Origin: Macrostomum hystrix
Taxonomy: Eukaryota; Animalia; Platyhelminthes
Direction: 5' to 3'
DNA length: 64,000 nt
Assembly (NCBI GenBank): GCA_950097015.1
Contig: CATNEN010000007.1
Coordinates: 13,441,969-13,505,968 of the forward strand
A program made the position numbers and the translations under genes. This document shows, one piece after another, positions 1 through 11,791 of the stretch (positions are counted from its first letter, which is position 1; the number at the start of each line of letters is the position of its first letter). The notes beneath the pieces are model-generated. The model was not told the DNA's origin and made no database searches. It saw only the letters and a program-made list of their open reading frames with translations.

Positions 1-1865
1 TGGAGGCCTGCGGCGTCGATCCTGTGGCCTAGGTAGCAGACGCTCTCCTGCATGAAGTTGCACTTGCCGAGGCCGCAGCGCAGACCGCTCTGTTGCAGTC
101 GCTGCAGCACCAGCTCTAGGGAGCGTAAATGGCTTCCGTCGTCAGCACCAGTAATGATCAGATCATCAATGAAGCAGGCGACATGCGGGATGGACTGCAG
201 CAGGCTGTCCATGTACCGCTGGAAGATGCCGACAGCTGGAGCGACGCCGAACGGCAGCCGGGTATACCGAAGCAGGCCCTTAGAGGTGTTGATGGTGCAG
301 AGTTGCTGGGCTGCTTCGTCAAGCGGCATCTGGGAGTAGGCCTGCGACAAGTCGAGCTTGGTGAACTTTTGGCCGCCGGCCAGCTTGGCAAAAAGCTCGT
401 CAATGCGTGGCAGCGGGTACTTGTCAGGCTCGATGTTGATGTTGACCGTCTGCTTAAAGTCCGCACAGATGCGCACCGAGCCGTCGGACTTGAGGACCGG
501 CACGATCGGCGATGCGTAGTCCGAGCTGTTCACGGGAACGAGCACGCCCTGCTCGATTTCTTTGTCGAGCTGGGCCTCCACCTTGGCTTTGAGAGCAAAG
601 GGAACGGTGCGCGCTTTGAAAAATCGAGGCCGGGCTCCGTCTTTTAAGTGCAGCCGTACAGGTGGCCCATTGCACTTACCGAGTCCGGGCTCAAAAACAT
701 CGGCGTACTGGTCAAGCAGGGCGCGGATTCTCGGGTGCTCGCCGTCCTTGGTCACCTGCTTGATGCTGCGCCAGTCCAGAGGCAGGTCAGCAAGCCAGTC
801 GCGGCCGATCAGGTTCGAACCTGAGCCGTTGACGACAAGCAGTGGAAGCTCCTTGGCCGCTCCAGCCGCCCGCACTTGGACGATGATTCTGCCGAGCAGC
901 GGAACAGGCTCTCCTGAATACGTGCGCAGGTGGGCGTTGGCGGGCTCAAGCTTGGGCCGTCCTCGCAGCTCTGAGCGGAAGGTGTCCGACGAAATGAGTG
1001 AGACCGACGCGCCGGTGTCAATCTCCATGCGCACCGGCGTGCCATCGATAAGCACCGTTGTCTCGATCGGCGGAATCTTCCCTCTCCGTCGTTCAGCCAT
1101 TACGTGCAGTGAATGCGTCTCTTCCTCTTCCAGCTCGACCTCCCTGACGGCCTGATCGCCCCGACGATTTGTGGCAGCCGGCGACTTGCAGGCAGCAGCC
1201 GCGTGGCCCAGCTTCGAGCAATTGAAGCATTTTTTGTCAACGAAGGGGCACTTGGCAGCCGCGTGCCGCTGCGAGAGACACCGAAAACAGCGCTTAGCGA
1301 CCGGCTGCTTGGCGATTTGGAAGGCCTCCTGGCTGGCCGAAGATTTGGTCACCATCAGGTTCCCTTCGGCTGCTGAAGCTTCGGCCTGGGCTCGAGACAG
1401 TGCGGTGTCGAGCGTAAGCTTCCGCTCTGACAGCAGCCTCCGCTGGATGTTGTCGTCGTTGATGCCAAGCACGAACCTGTCCCTGAGCATGCTGTCCAGG
1501 CTGCTGCCAAAGTTGCAGTCCCTGGCCAGTCTGCGAAGGTCGGCGAGGAAGTCAGCAATTGACTCGCCGGCACGGCGACTTCGGGTGTAGAAACGGAATC
1601 GCAGAACGATCTCGGGTGGCTCGGGGTCGAAGTGATTCTTCAGCGTTTCGCAGATGTCTGCATAGCTGCTTGCAGCCGGAGTACCAGGAGCTAGCAGGCT
1701 GGCTATTAGCTGGTAAGTCTTCTTGCCGCAGACACTGAGGAGAACGGCGCGCTTTTTCTCATCTTTGATATCATTGGCCTCGAAAAACTGCTCCAGTCTT
1801 TCCTGGTACTGCTGCCATTTTTCTGTCCCCTCTTCAAAGGGTTCAATAGAGCCAACTAGGCTCAT
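1..1865 (-). CDS. gag-pol polyprotein (gag, aspartic protease, RT), partial
   Basis: Starts MSLVGSIEPFEEGTEKWQQYQERLEQFF. Contains protease MEIDTGASVS and RT VRICADFK, LDLSQAY and VACFIDDLII. Start and window-edge codons share one frame, which has no stop in the window, so the ORF track omits it. Confidence 0.9.
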   Translation of the reverse strand, partial: MSLVGSIEPFEEGTEKWQQYQERLEQFFEANDIKDEKKRAVLLSVCGKKTYQLIASLLAPGTPAASSYADICETLKNHFDPEPPEIVLRFRFYTRSRRAGESIADFLADLRRLARDCNFGSSLDSMLRDRFVLGINDDNIQRRLLSERKLTLDTALSRAQAEASAAEGNLMVTKSSASQEAFQIAKQPVAKRCFRCLSQRHAAAKCPFVDKKCFNCSKLGHAAAACKSPAATNRRGDQAVREVELEEEETHSLHVMAERRRGKIPPIETTVLIDGTPVRMEIDTGASVSLISSDTFRSELRGRPKLEPANAHLRTYSGEPVPLLGRIIVQVRAAGAAKELPLLVVNGSGSNLIGRDWLADLPLDWRSIKQVTKDGEHPRIRALLDQYADVFEPGLGKCNGPPVRLHLKDGARPRFFKARTVPFALKAKVEAQLDKEIEQGVLVPVNSSDYASPIVPVLKSDGSVRICADFKQTVNINIEPDKYPLPRIDELFAKLAGGQKFTKLDLSQAYSQMPLDEAAQQLCTINTSKGLLRYTRLPFGVAPAVGIFQRYMDSLLQSIPHVACFIDDLIITGADDGSHLRSLELVLQRLQQSGLRCGLGKCNFMQESVCYLGHRIDAAGL

Positions 1866-2112
1866 TTCTCGTCGCCACTGTAGAGACTTCACTTAAGATT
1901 GTAGAACGAACTCTACTACCAAACGCGATGACACAGCGACTTTTATATTTTATTTTATTTATAAAATCGATAGCAGACTCCACGCATGCACATTGGATAG
2001 AAGGTTTAAAAGCACGTACATCAACACACGTACATTCCAAAATTGGATACGTGCCGGGCAGGTGCACAACACACCTGCCTTAGCCAGCCGCAAACAGAGC
2101 CACGTCACCACA
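1..2112 (-). mobile_element. Ty3/Gypsy (Mag/K02A2.6-like) LTR retrotransposon, 5' part; continues off the left edge
   Basis: Probable 5' LTR 1879-2112 (TGTGGTGAC...GTCTCTACA on the minus strand). PBS TGGCGACGAG at 1868-1877 is complementary to the tRNA-Ser 3' end. A gag-pol ORF follows. Confidence 0.9.
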
Positions 2113-4459
2113 CTCTCCAATTAAGCTATGCGAGTATTGCCAAAAAATTACTTGCTTGAGTCGAAAACACGAAAAACGAAAACCGGGGGGCACGTCACAT
2201 ACTTTAATACATATAAATTGCCGTTTCATCTTATTTTCAAGCCCTCTTGTAAAAAATATCTGCGTTAAATGATTAAATGATTACACGAGGAAAGCTAGAT
2301 CATTCCTCGATTCGACAGCAGTACAGGAGCAAAATACTCGCTTAGATAACAGGCGTTTTTCTCTCAGCTTTCAATTTATTGCCGGATTCACCATGCGAAA
2401 ACACACGATTTTGGTCCCTTTCTAGTTATCAGAGGAGGGTAAGAGACTTTTGTAGCTATTGAAAGCATGGCCGAAAAAACCTTGCGACTTCACCAGAAAG
2501 GAGAACGGGGGTGATGGAAAGACCCCGCGGGCAGAGAAGCAGATGTTCTGATGCGTGTAGGTGCTAGCTTGGGTTCCAGCCAGAAAGGTATATTTGCTTT
2601 CCTTCGCGAAGCACTGCCCACTGCCAACTCTCATTTTTCATTCCCATTCGAACTTGTGCAAATCCAAGCTGCAAGATTTGCAACTGATGGATGGTCGACG
2701 ATGATGCAGCCGAAAGCGGGCTCAGCTTTGTTAGCTTTTCTTTCTATCAGGCACCTTCTCGGTTCCTGACTGTTGAAATCGACTGAGTGACGTGATAGTC
2801 ATTGCATCTACATATTTTAGTATGCTCGCATGGATTCTGAAAATTGACAACTTGCCCTAAACATTATTTATGCGTGAGTTTGAGAGTGCTATGTATTTTT
2901 TGAGTTTATAATAACTAGTATAGTATATCTTTTGTGAAAGGTCCAGGTGAACCCTGATTGATTATACATCAGGAAAGCGAAGTGGGAAACCTCAAAGGAA
3001 TCTGCACGTTCGCTGATGCTGCACTGGAATGTATTTCTGCTATCAGCTCTAGGAATCTGATACAGCAACCGGAGGATAGGAGAGATAAGCTGTAGTCTCT
3101 CGGGTTATCCAAATTGTGGAATATCCTTAGCGCATGCAGCCTTCTTGGACGGAGCGATTGGCGTTGAAGGGGTAGGAATCGAGCTGCACTCTAGGGCCGG
3201 ACAAAGGCTGACGTGGTAGCCAAGGTTGAAGCCTTCATGAACAAGTGCATGCGATAATGCAACAGGTCCATCGAGTCACCATTGAGATCGAAGCAACTAG
3301 GGGTTTTATTTACTAGGTGCAGTGCAATCTAATTGTCAGAAGCAGTGGCTGCTAGCTGAGCGGACATGATTAATATTCACTAAGGCGCCTCGCTATTCAT
3401 CTTTCTGATAGCGAGGCAGAGGTAGAGGCAGGGTGTAGGCCCAATTAAGCACTTGCCAGTTGTGTCAGTCAACAAGCAACCCGCTGTGTAAGTTTGTGCC
3501 TCTGTCTAACTACAGGTGGGTCGGAGGCCTGAATCAAAATGCTGCATTTTCTCTATGGAGGCTAGAAAGACTTGGAACGGCGATCTTTGAGGCTGGAATC
3601 CAGGAAATACGAACTTGTAGCTTGTAGTTTGTTCGTTTGCATATTTGAGGTTCCACATGGCTGGCAGTTGCCAATTCACTGCGACCTTCACAGCGACCAC
3701 GAGAAAATTGAATGGGGCAGTAGAAATTACTTTGTGATGAATTTTAATATCCGAATATTTTAGCTGCGCCGAAATTTGCACCGATAAAATCCCCAATACT
3801 AAAATTCACAACTATCACAGCTATCGATTTTCTCAAAAACGGCTCAACCGATTTTCACCATCTTCCTCCATCCTCTCCACTATACTAAAAATAAAAATCT
3901 TGCTTGGTTGTAATTGATTTTCTCCCGAACGGCTCAACCGATTTTCACAATTTCTTTGCCAAAAGATGCCAAACATGGGGCAATTATACAAGTATTTTTA
4001 TTAAGCTTAACTTTATTGCTAAGGGGATTAAATTTTCGAAAAACAAGATTTTTTCAAAGGTCAAACCATCCTGGCCTATTGAGAATTTTATTGCTCACTG
4101 CCACTGAATTAGAATTGCATCGTCAACTTGCGCAACACCCCCTAGCTGACTGAGTTAGAAGCCCGCACAATCTGGACACAAATTTAAATTAAATGTACAC
4201 AACCTAAGTGTACTCTATTTGTACAAAGCCAGAACTTTGAGAATTCATTTTATAAGGCAAATTTTTGCATCCACAATCCAACAGTCGGAGAAGTCGATGT
4301 GTAGGCACTAGGAATAGGTTAGGCTAGGCGATGTGTCCTTGGTTCGACTCTTCACTGCGTCAAATATTTAAACTAATTGTCAGTCAGTAGTGATGGATGC
4401 AAAGCAAATTTTTTAAATTTAATTTTGAAAATAAAGGGGAAACTTTAAATTCACTTTTG

Positions 4460-4972
4460 CATGGCAAAACCAGTGTTTGAATCATGGCTAAACCAGAGTT
4501 TGAATCATGGCTAAACCAGAGTTTGAATCATGGCTAAACCAGCGTCTGAATCATGGCAAAACCAGTGTTTGAATCATGGCTAAACCAGAGTTTGAATCAT
4601 GGCTAAACCAGCGTCTGAATCATGGCAAAACCAGTGTTTGAATCATGGCTAAACCAGAGTTTAAATTATAGCCAACCAGAGTTTGAATCATGTCAAAACC
4701 AGAGTTTGAATCATGGCAAAATCAGAGTCTGAATCATGGCGAAACCATGCAGAGTTTAAATCATAGCCAACCAGAGTTTGAATCATGGCAAAACCCGAGT
4801 TTGAATCATGGCAAAACCAGAGTTTGAATCATAGCCCACCAGTGTTTCAATCATGGCAAAACCAGAGTTTGAATCATAGCCAACCAGAGTTTGAATCATA
4901 GCCAACCAGAGTTTGAATCATAGCCAACCAGAGTTTGAATCATGGCAAAACCAGGGTGTGAATCATGGCAAA
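4460..4972. repeat. ~21-22 bp minisatellite (AAACCAGAGTTTGAATCATGGC)n
   Basis: More than 20 visible tandem copies. Confidence 0.95.
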
Positions 4973-5746
4973 GTTTTGCTGAGCGACGCCGCACGCCGCG
5001 AGGCCTCGCTTGAGGAGACGGATGAAGGTTGCGGCAGCCAGCGGAACTCGCCTGCGGGCGCCCAGGATGGAAAACAAAGGTTGCTGAGGCTCGAAAATTT
5101 GGTTCTCGCGCAGATGAGCGGTCAGAGCGGCGGCTGGGCAGATTGTCGGAAAGTCCGAGCACCACGGAATGAAGACCCGCAGCTGGCGCTCCTTGAATTG
5201 GTTGGTTTTGGACCTCTCAATCGACAGGCATAGGCCGCCGGGGCAGGAAGTCAGCGCGCCGCGTCGCAGGCCGTGTGGCGACGGTAGCAGCTCACCCAGT
5301 CGGAGCACACCCCACCAGGCGACAAGTAGCGCTGCTTTGAAAACCGCCAGGAGACGCGGGGGCATTGAGCGCTGGAGCGTTGGGTTGCTGCAGAGCAGGC
5401 GGAGATGGCGAGGCTGTAGGGGTTCTGCCCTTCGCGGTGGCTTGGCCAGCAGTCGTCGGGCTCCACGGCAGACGAGCTCCAGTCGGGCGTTGTGCTTTGT
5501 AGGGTCTGGATAGTCCGAAGTCCTATGGGCGAATGACACCGCGCTGAGGCTGGCTTGCACGCTTGAGTAGGAGGTGCGGCCTCGATCGATGAGGAACGCG
5601 ACGAAGCGGCATGCGTCTGACTTCGATGCAGCAGTCGGGGGGACTCGCTGTTGACGACAGAAGTCACTCCACGATCGCAGGTGACACGCGTACGACTTCC
5701 GGGTGCTGGGCGCGAGTGACAGGCGGCACAGGGCGAGCACGGACAC
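4973..5746 (-). pseudogene. tyrosine recombinase of the Ngaro/DIRS element, C-terminus lost
   Basis: LAPSTRKSY, AWWGVLRLGEL (catalytic R), RSKTNQ (K) and CPAAAL. The frame runs into the minisatellite just before the expected HxxR...Y motifs. Confidence 0.9.
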
Positions 5747-5799
5747 GGCAGGACGGTCGGGAGCGCGGCTGCGACCTGTGAGTGGAGGGCGGTGCGGGA

Positions 5800-7428
5800 C
5801 GCGGCAGAAATTGCGTGGGAGACAAATTCATTGCGACAGACAGTGAGAGAGCCATATTGGCGGCAAAGGAAGTTAACGAGCTCCTGCTTAGAGCTGAGCA
5901 TGCGAGAGGCGGGATCACTGATGAGCTGCATGCGACCGGGCAGGTGAAAAGCCTGCAGCTGGATGCCAGACTTGAGGCACATGAGGGCCACGGACTGATA
6001 GATCTGAATGAGCTGCGGATGCCTGCAGGTCAGCTTGTTGATCATGCCGACGGCCGCGGTGCTGTCCGAGTAGATCACCACCTGGCTGTTGTTGAGCTGG
6101 TCGCAGAGCCGCAGGATGGTGAGGAGCGGAGTCAGGGCCTCCTTATAGTTGATGTGGAGGTCCTTATACTTGGACTCGAAGTCGTGCTCCCAGCTAAAGA
6201 ACACCCAGTCGTTGAGGCTGGAGCCGCTCACGATGCCAGCGGCACCTTCGCTGCTGCTATCGGCCTCGATGGCCACCAGCTGGCGGAAGCGGGGGTGAAT
6301 CGGAGTGGGTGGAAGCATGCTGACAGCTTGCAGCCACCATTGCAGCAGCTCGCGAGCTTCTTGAGGTAGCCGGAGGTCTCTGCCAACGCTAATGAGGTCG
6401 AAAAGCGGGCGCAAAAAGGGGCGCAGCAACTTGTTGATTTGGCCCAGCCAGCACAGCTTCCCGACCAGTCTCTCCAGCTGCTTGATCTTGACGGTAGAAC
6501 GAGTGAGGCAGTCGTTCAGCAACACCCGAGTGTTCTCGGCCTTGTCCTGTGGGAGAGTCAGCGTGCCCTCTGTCGTGTCAATTTGGACGCCGAGGAACAC
6601 CACTCGCTGCGCCGGCGCGGCAGATTTGCTCCAATTGATGGTGAAGCCTAGATCTTGCAGGAGGTTCACAAGGTAGGTGTAGGCGTGGTTGGCAGTTTCC
6701 TGCGAGTCGCCAGCCACCGCCCAGTAGTCCAGGTAGTTGATGGTGGCGGAGAAACCCTGCCTCAGCATGTGTCGCTGAATGACGGCAGAGAGGCGGTGGA
6801 AGATCTCGCACGAGGCCCGAGCACCGAAAGGCAGCCGGGTATCGATGAGCAGCGATGGGGCGCTGTCCGTGGCGAAGCGCCAGCTGAGGCCTGTCAACAT
6901 CTGATCTTCCGGGTGGATGCCGACGGAACGGTAAGCCTGCTTGAGGTCCACCTTGCCGATGAAGGAGCCAGGCCGGACATGGCGCACCAGGTCCCGAACG
7001 GATGCAAACCTCAGGCCTCTTTTCTGCTCGTAGCCGTCGTTGACGGAAGAGCCCGAGGGGCTGGAGAGATCGTGAATGATCCGGACGCTTCCGTCAGGTT
7101 TTGGGATCGCGCCGATGGCGTTCACCATGACGAGGCCCTTAGCGAACTGCAGCCGACCCAGGCGGAGCTCGTCAGAGAGCTGCTTTTCCACCTGCAGGGC
7201 ATTGTCGATAGCGGAGCGGTAGTTGGAGGAGTGCGTGATGACGGGAGGAGGCTTGTTGACCAGATGGAAACCGTTGTGCAGGCCGTCGCGAAGGAATTCT
7301 TCGTCCGGGTCGTTGTGCAGCAGCGCGTCCCAAGCGGTCAGGTTCATGTCGGAAGACATGGCGCGGCGCGACGGGGGGAGCGGGGCAGACGAGCAGGCAG
7401 TGGCGGGGGCGGGGGTGGCTGGGAGCAA
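5800..7428 (-). pseudogene. reverse transcriptase/RNase H of the Ngaro/DIRS element (YLDD mutated to YLDY)
   Basis: RIIHDLS, KVDLKQAYR, LPFGARAS, NYLDYW, FLGVQID; RNase H EADSS, INYKE, YSDS, SDPASR. The lower boundary is approximate because the ORF reads on through the YR gene to 5251. Confidence 0.9.
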
Positions 7429-7481
7429 GCGATGGGGCGAAGGAAACTGGGAATTAAAAGCAGGGTGGCTATAAAATAAAT

Positions 7482-8507
7482 CTAGTTTTTTGCTCCCTCC
7501 GCCGCATCGCCAGTCGGTCGGTGCTGATGGGCGGGGTGCGGCTTGCCACAGCCGGCGATTTTGCAGACGTGCCGGTACCTGCAGTTGGACCGCTGGCAGC
7601 CGGCCGGAGAGTTAAAGCTCAGGCAGATGGGTGGCGCCTGCTGGTGCGAGGTGCCTTGGCGATTCAGCGTAACCTTTAGGTTGCGAGGTGCGTTGAGGTG
7701 GCGATGGTAAAGCTGGGGAGGCTCACAGCCCCATTGATGCGTGTCGGACTCCGCCATCAGCCTTCTGTAGTCCTCATCAAACTCCCACACTACGTTCGGG
7801 TTGTAGTTGGCGGCAAGGAGTTCGCCGATCTTCTTGGAGTATTGCAGATAGCCCTTTAAATGATTGGTATTCACGGATCCGTCATCGTTCAGGAAAATCA
7901 GCGAACCGTCGTCGATAAGGCGTAGGAGGATTTGCGAATTGCCGGATATCCACTGTCCAACTGAAATCTTGGACAGGCTTGGCGGTTGTTACTTGAAAAC
8001 AAGGTTGCCGTCCTCGATGCAGGCAGATAAGCTGTCACCAGGTTGAGCTGGGTTGGCCTTGACGAAGTCGCGGATCAGGTAGGCTCGACAGCGCTTTTTG
8101 GCTTGCTGGCCCTCTTCAGCAAGTTCGCCCGGAGAGGAGCCCGCATGCCCATTAAAGAGAGGAACTCTTGGCTCACCTTGAAGTACGGAGGCGACTGGTT
8201 GGTTGAGTTCGCTCTGTAGTTGGGCGCGACGCCGCGTGTGCGCCTTGATCTCGAGCTCTTCCACCTCCTTCCGTAGAGCCGCCAGGTCGCCAGCCGCGCT
8301 CCCTGACGTCCCGTGCCCGCCTGACGATCGTCTGTCGGTGTGCTGTAGGTCGTCGAACGTCCCGTCGAAGCGGTCGATGTCATCCGCTGAGGCCCCAGAC
8401 TGCACGTGTTGACGAAGTCGCTCGTACAGCTGCTGCTTGCCCCCGAATTTTGGAAGGCCGCGCTTGGCTAACTCAGTTCTAAGCTGTCTGGCCGTAAGTT
8501 TTTCCAT
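7482..8507 (-). pseudogene. gag-like ORF1 with an N-terminal SAP motif and a C-terminal Cys/His knuckle; internal TAA at 7989-7991
   Basis: MEKLTARQLRTELAKRGLPKFGGKQQLYERL is SAP-like. ORFs 7989-8630 and 7482-7874 are one frame split by a single stop. C-terminal CLSFN...CRYRHVC..CGKPH. Confidence 0.8.
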
Positions 8508-8859
8508 GCCACAGGCCAGCGTGATTGGGCCACAATGATTCAGCAATTTTTTAGCGCACGCGTGCGGGGGCAGCGAGATTGAACGGCAGGACAGACAGAG
8601 GGGCGGCTTAAAAACCCCGCGCGCGCGCACAGGCGGAGGAAGGGGTGGGGGGTTAACACACTTTACCCAGAGAGCCCGCAGAGCAGGCCCTGAGTAAAGT
8701 ACACATTAAATCGAGTTCTCTACATTTAGACTTTGTTATCTTATAACGTCATAATGATATATACTTGTATTTGTATGATAATAATTTTGTCTAATATTCA
8801 TTTAATGTTGTTCTTCTCAATTTTCTACAAATGCAGCTAATATAAAAATTCAACTGAGG

Positions 8860-9272
8860 AACATTGTCAACTGGGGATCATAATCAATGGGGAGTCATCA
8901 TCAAATGGGTATCATGGTCAACTGGGCGATAATTGTCAACTGGGGATGGTCAACTGGGTGATCATCATCAAATGGGGGATCATTGTCAACTGGGTGATCA
9001 TCATCAAATGGGGGATCATTGTCAACTGGGAGATCATTGTCAACTGGGGGATAATTGTCAACTGGGGGATCATTGTCAACTGGGGGATCATTGTCAACTG
9101 GGTGATCATTGTCAATCGGGGATCATTGTCAACTGGTGATCATCATCAATGGGGACTCATCATCAAATGGGGGGATCATGGTCAACTGGGGGATCATTGT
9201 CAACTGGGTGATCATCATCAAATGAAGGATCATTGTCAACTGGGTGATCATTGTCAACTGGGGGATCATTGT
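8860..9272. repeat. ~18 bp minisatellite (GGGGATCATTGTCAACTG)n
   Basis: Visible tandem copies. Confidence 0.95.
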
Positions 9273-10670
9273 GGCTTAAAAAAAGCTGAAAATACAGCAG
9301 CTAAAAAGCATAAACTGGACGAATTAAAAATATTGTTAGTTTGAACTAAGCTTCATATAGGAACGAGCTGGCTTGTGAAGTCACAGCTGATGCAAGAAGA
9401 AACTGACGGACTGAGCTCGTTTTCTCTTCCGCTACATCAAGCTATGACAAATGCCTGGATTTCTCTATGAATCTCCCACTTCATGTTCGAGCATGTAGCT
9501 CATGGCAGCTTCTGATGCATCAGCCTATAGCTTTGAAATGAAGCGTAGAAATTAATCAGACTAGAAATAATATATCTACCTGCTAAGCTTCAGCGATACA
9601 AATGCATCTCTTCGCTTATGCTTGACCCAACAGCGAGGGATTACTTTCAGCAGAATCAACAGAATTCTAGGAACATCCATGTATTTGCTATGTCAAGCGC
9701 GATATACGAGTACTTGGCTCTGGCCGTACAAATTGCATGTCGAAAACCTGCATTTATAAACCATGTTGCGCAAAGTGCCCCAGGGTCCCTTGTTCATTTC
9801 CTATTTAATAATGTAGCCTTTATGGCTTCTGAAAGTACCACTGAAATCCGGGTAGCAATAAGGTTAGGAAATTTTCTAGTATTTGGCAGGTCAAGACGGG
9901 AGCCGGAATTTTCTTGCATTGTAAAGCTGTCGAAGCTATCTGCTTTCGAGTCGCTTGACAGAACGGACAAACGCATTGTTGCCAAAATGCTTCAGGAGCA
10001 AGCACAGACAGACGGGCACCTCGATTAGACCTAGGAATTCTGAGGAATGTACGATGCCGCTTTATTGTTTCCAGAGGAAATGGCGAGTGCTAGTTGGAAG
10101 AAAATATTTCCAACTTTAGAACCTTCGCCAGCAGAACCTTAAAGGCACTGATTTTTTTACAGAACTTTATGCACTAACTAGTTGTTGCGCGACGACCATG
10201 CGACCATAATCCTCTGGGTACAAGTTAAAAGGGAAGTAATTTATCCAGTACAGAAATAAACAAAAAAATTAAAACAAATGAACGCAACGGAAGATGCAAA
10301 AGATTATAACCCAATCCAAAGCAATACCGTTCCTTTAAATAATATGGAACCACTCATTCCATACTTTGTAATGAACTCAACCTACCAGAGCGAAGGCAGG
10401 AAGAAGAACTGCATTGTTGCTTGCAAGTAAAAAGTTTTGTAGGACCGTGGGTTAAGTTGTAGAACATAACAAAACACGCCAGAAGCCCTCACTGGCTCAC
10501 GCGAATATATTTAACGGCACAGTTGGGGTGGGTGCAACCACCCTATGCGAAAGCACGCTGCATCGCTAAACCCCACACCCCAAACAAGCCGCGCGTGCAC
10601 ATTTAAGTGCACGCGCACCAACAAGCCAGACTACACTACTTTCCCCCTAGAAGCAAAAGACAGTCCCAAG

Positions 10671-11791
10671 TCAAGCAAAGTCCACCATGTACAAATCCGG
10701 TGGCTGCCGCTCTCCTGCCGATCGCCGCGGAACAATGACCGGCTCGGCCGGTGCCGCCGGTGCCGCCGGCGGCTCCTCGTGTACCTCGTCTGCCTGCAGC
10801 TCGGGCCAGAAAACCACCGCGTCGCCGCCAGGATTGGCCGCTTGCCCGGGCGGCTCTGCGGCGGTGCCGTCGTTGTCGGCGTCGGCGGCCGGCGGTCGAC
10901 GGTCTGCAGCGGCTGGGAGCTCCAGTGACGCCCGCCGCTGCACGAAGCGCTTGAGGCGGTCGTGGTGCACCACCAGCCGGCGCCTGCGGCCAGTCTCGTC
11001 CTGGATGGGGTAATTGACCTCGCCCAGTCGCCTCAGGACTCGGTACGGCCCCTTCCACTTGGCGCTGAGGCACCGTGTCTGGCCGCGCTTGATGACAGAG
11101 TTGCGCAGCATCACTAGCTGGCCCTCTTCGAACGGCACGAACCGAGAGTCCCGGTTGGCCAGCCGGTTGCGCTCGACCTGGGCGCTTCGCAGTCGGCCGT
11201 GCAACGTGTCGAAGACGCTCTGCAGGTTCTCCTGAGTCCGCCGCAAGAAGCCGTGATGTTCACCGTCGGCTGCCGGCCGGTCGCCGCTTATCAGCCTACT
11301 GTCGAGAGCCAGTCTCGGTGGCCAGCCGTGGAGGACCTGGTATGGGCTGAGGCCGCTGGTGCTGTGCACGGTGGTACTGTAGGCCCAGGTCACATACGGC
11401 AGCTTGCTGTCCCAGTCCTGCTGGTTCTCGGCCACCGTCTTCGCCAGCATGTCGCCGAGCGTCCGGTTTCCTCGCTCGACGATTCCGTTTCCGCTCGGAT
11501 GAAACGGCGACGTGCGCGTCTTCTCGACGCCCAGCTGCTCGCAGAGCCGGCCGAACACCTCGCTCTCGATTGACGCCCCTGGTCACTGTGCAGCACCTGT
11601 GGAGCGCCGTGACGCAGAACTACCGACTTGAGCAGTGCATCTGCCACCGTCACCGCGTCGATCCCCGCCAGGGCTGCCGTCTCCATCCACTTGGAGAAGG
11701 CGTCGCACATGCTCAGGAAGTACGCCTTGCCATCGGTCGTACGCGGAAGCGGCCCTTTGATGTCGATCTGCACCAGCTGCCACGGAGCCGT
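10671..11791 (-). pseudogene. Gypsy integrase core and C-terminus (frameshifted)
   Basis: QIDIKGPL, LHSDQG, TSPFHPSGNGIVERGNRTL, KWKGPYRV. Confidence 0.9.

Larger units (their letters stand above)
4973..8706 (-). mobile_element. DIRS/Ngaro-type tyrosine-recombinase retrotransposon, 3'-truncated and inactive
   Basis: Order is gag, RT/RNase H, overlapping YR. Hairpin at the 5' end (CTTTACCCAG...CTGAGTAAAG, about 8657-8704). Confidence 0.88.

Noticed and set aside
4460-4972. CRISPR-like appearance of the short repeat arrays (also 8860-9272 and 20650-21025)
   Set aside because: Head-to-tail repeats with no unique spacers, no cas genes, and a eukaryotic context.
8933-9344. Repetitive ORFs (GDHCQL)n and (WGIIVN)n
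   Set aside because: Products of an 18-bp minisatellite.
9360-10400. Possible decayed transposase or host exon (ORF 9618-10028)
   Set aside because: No motif I can assign.
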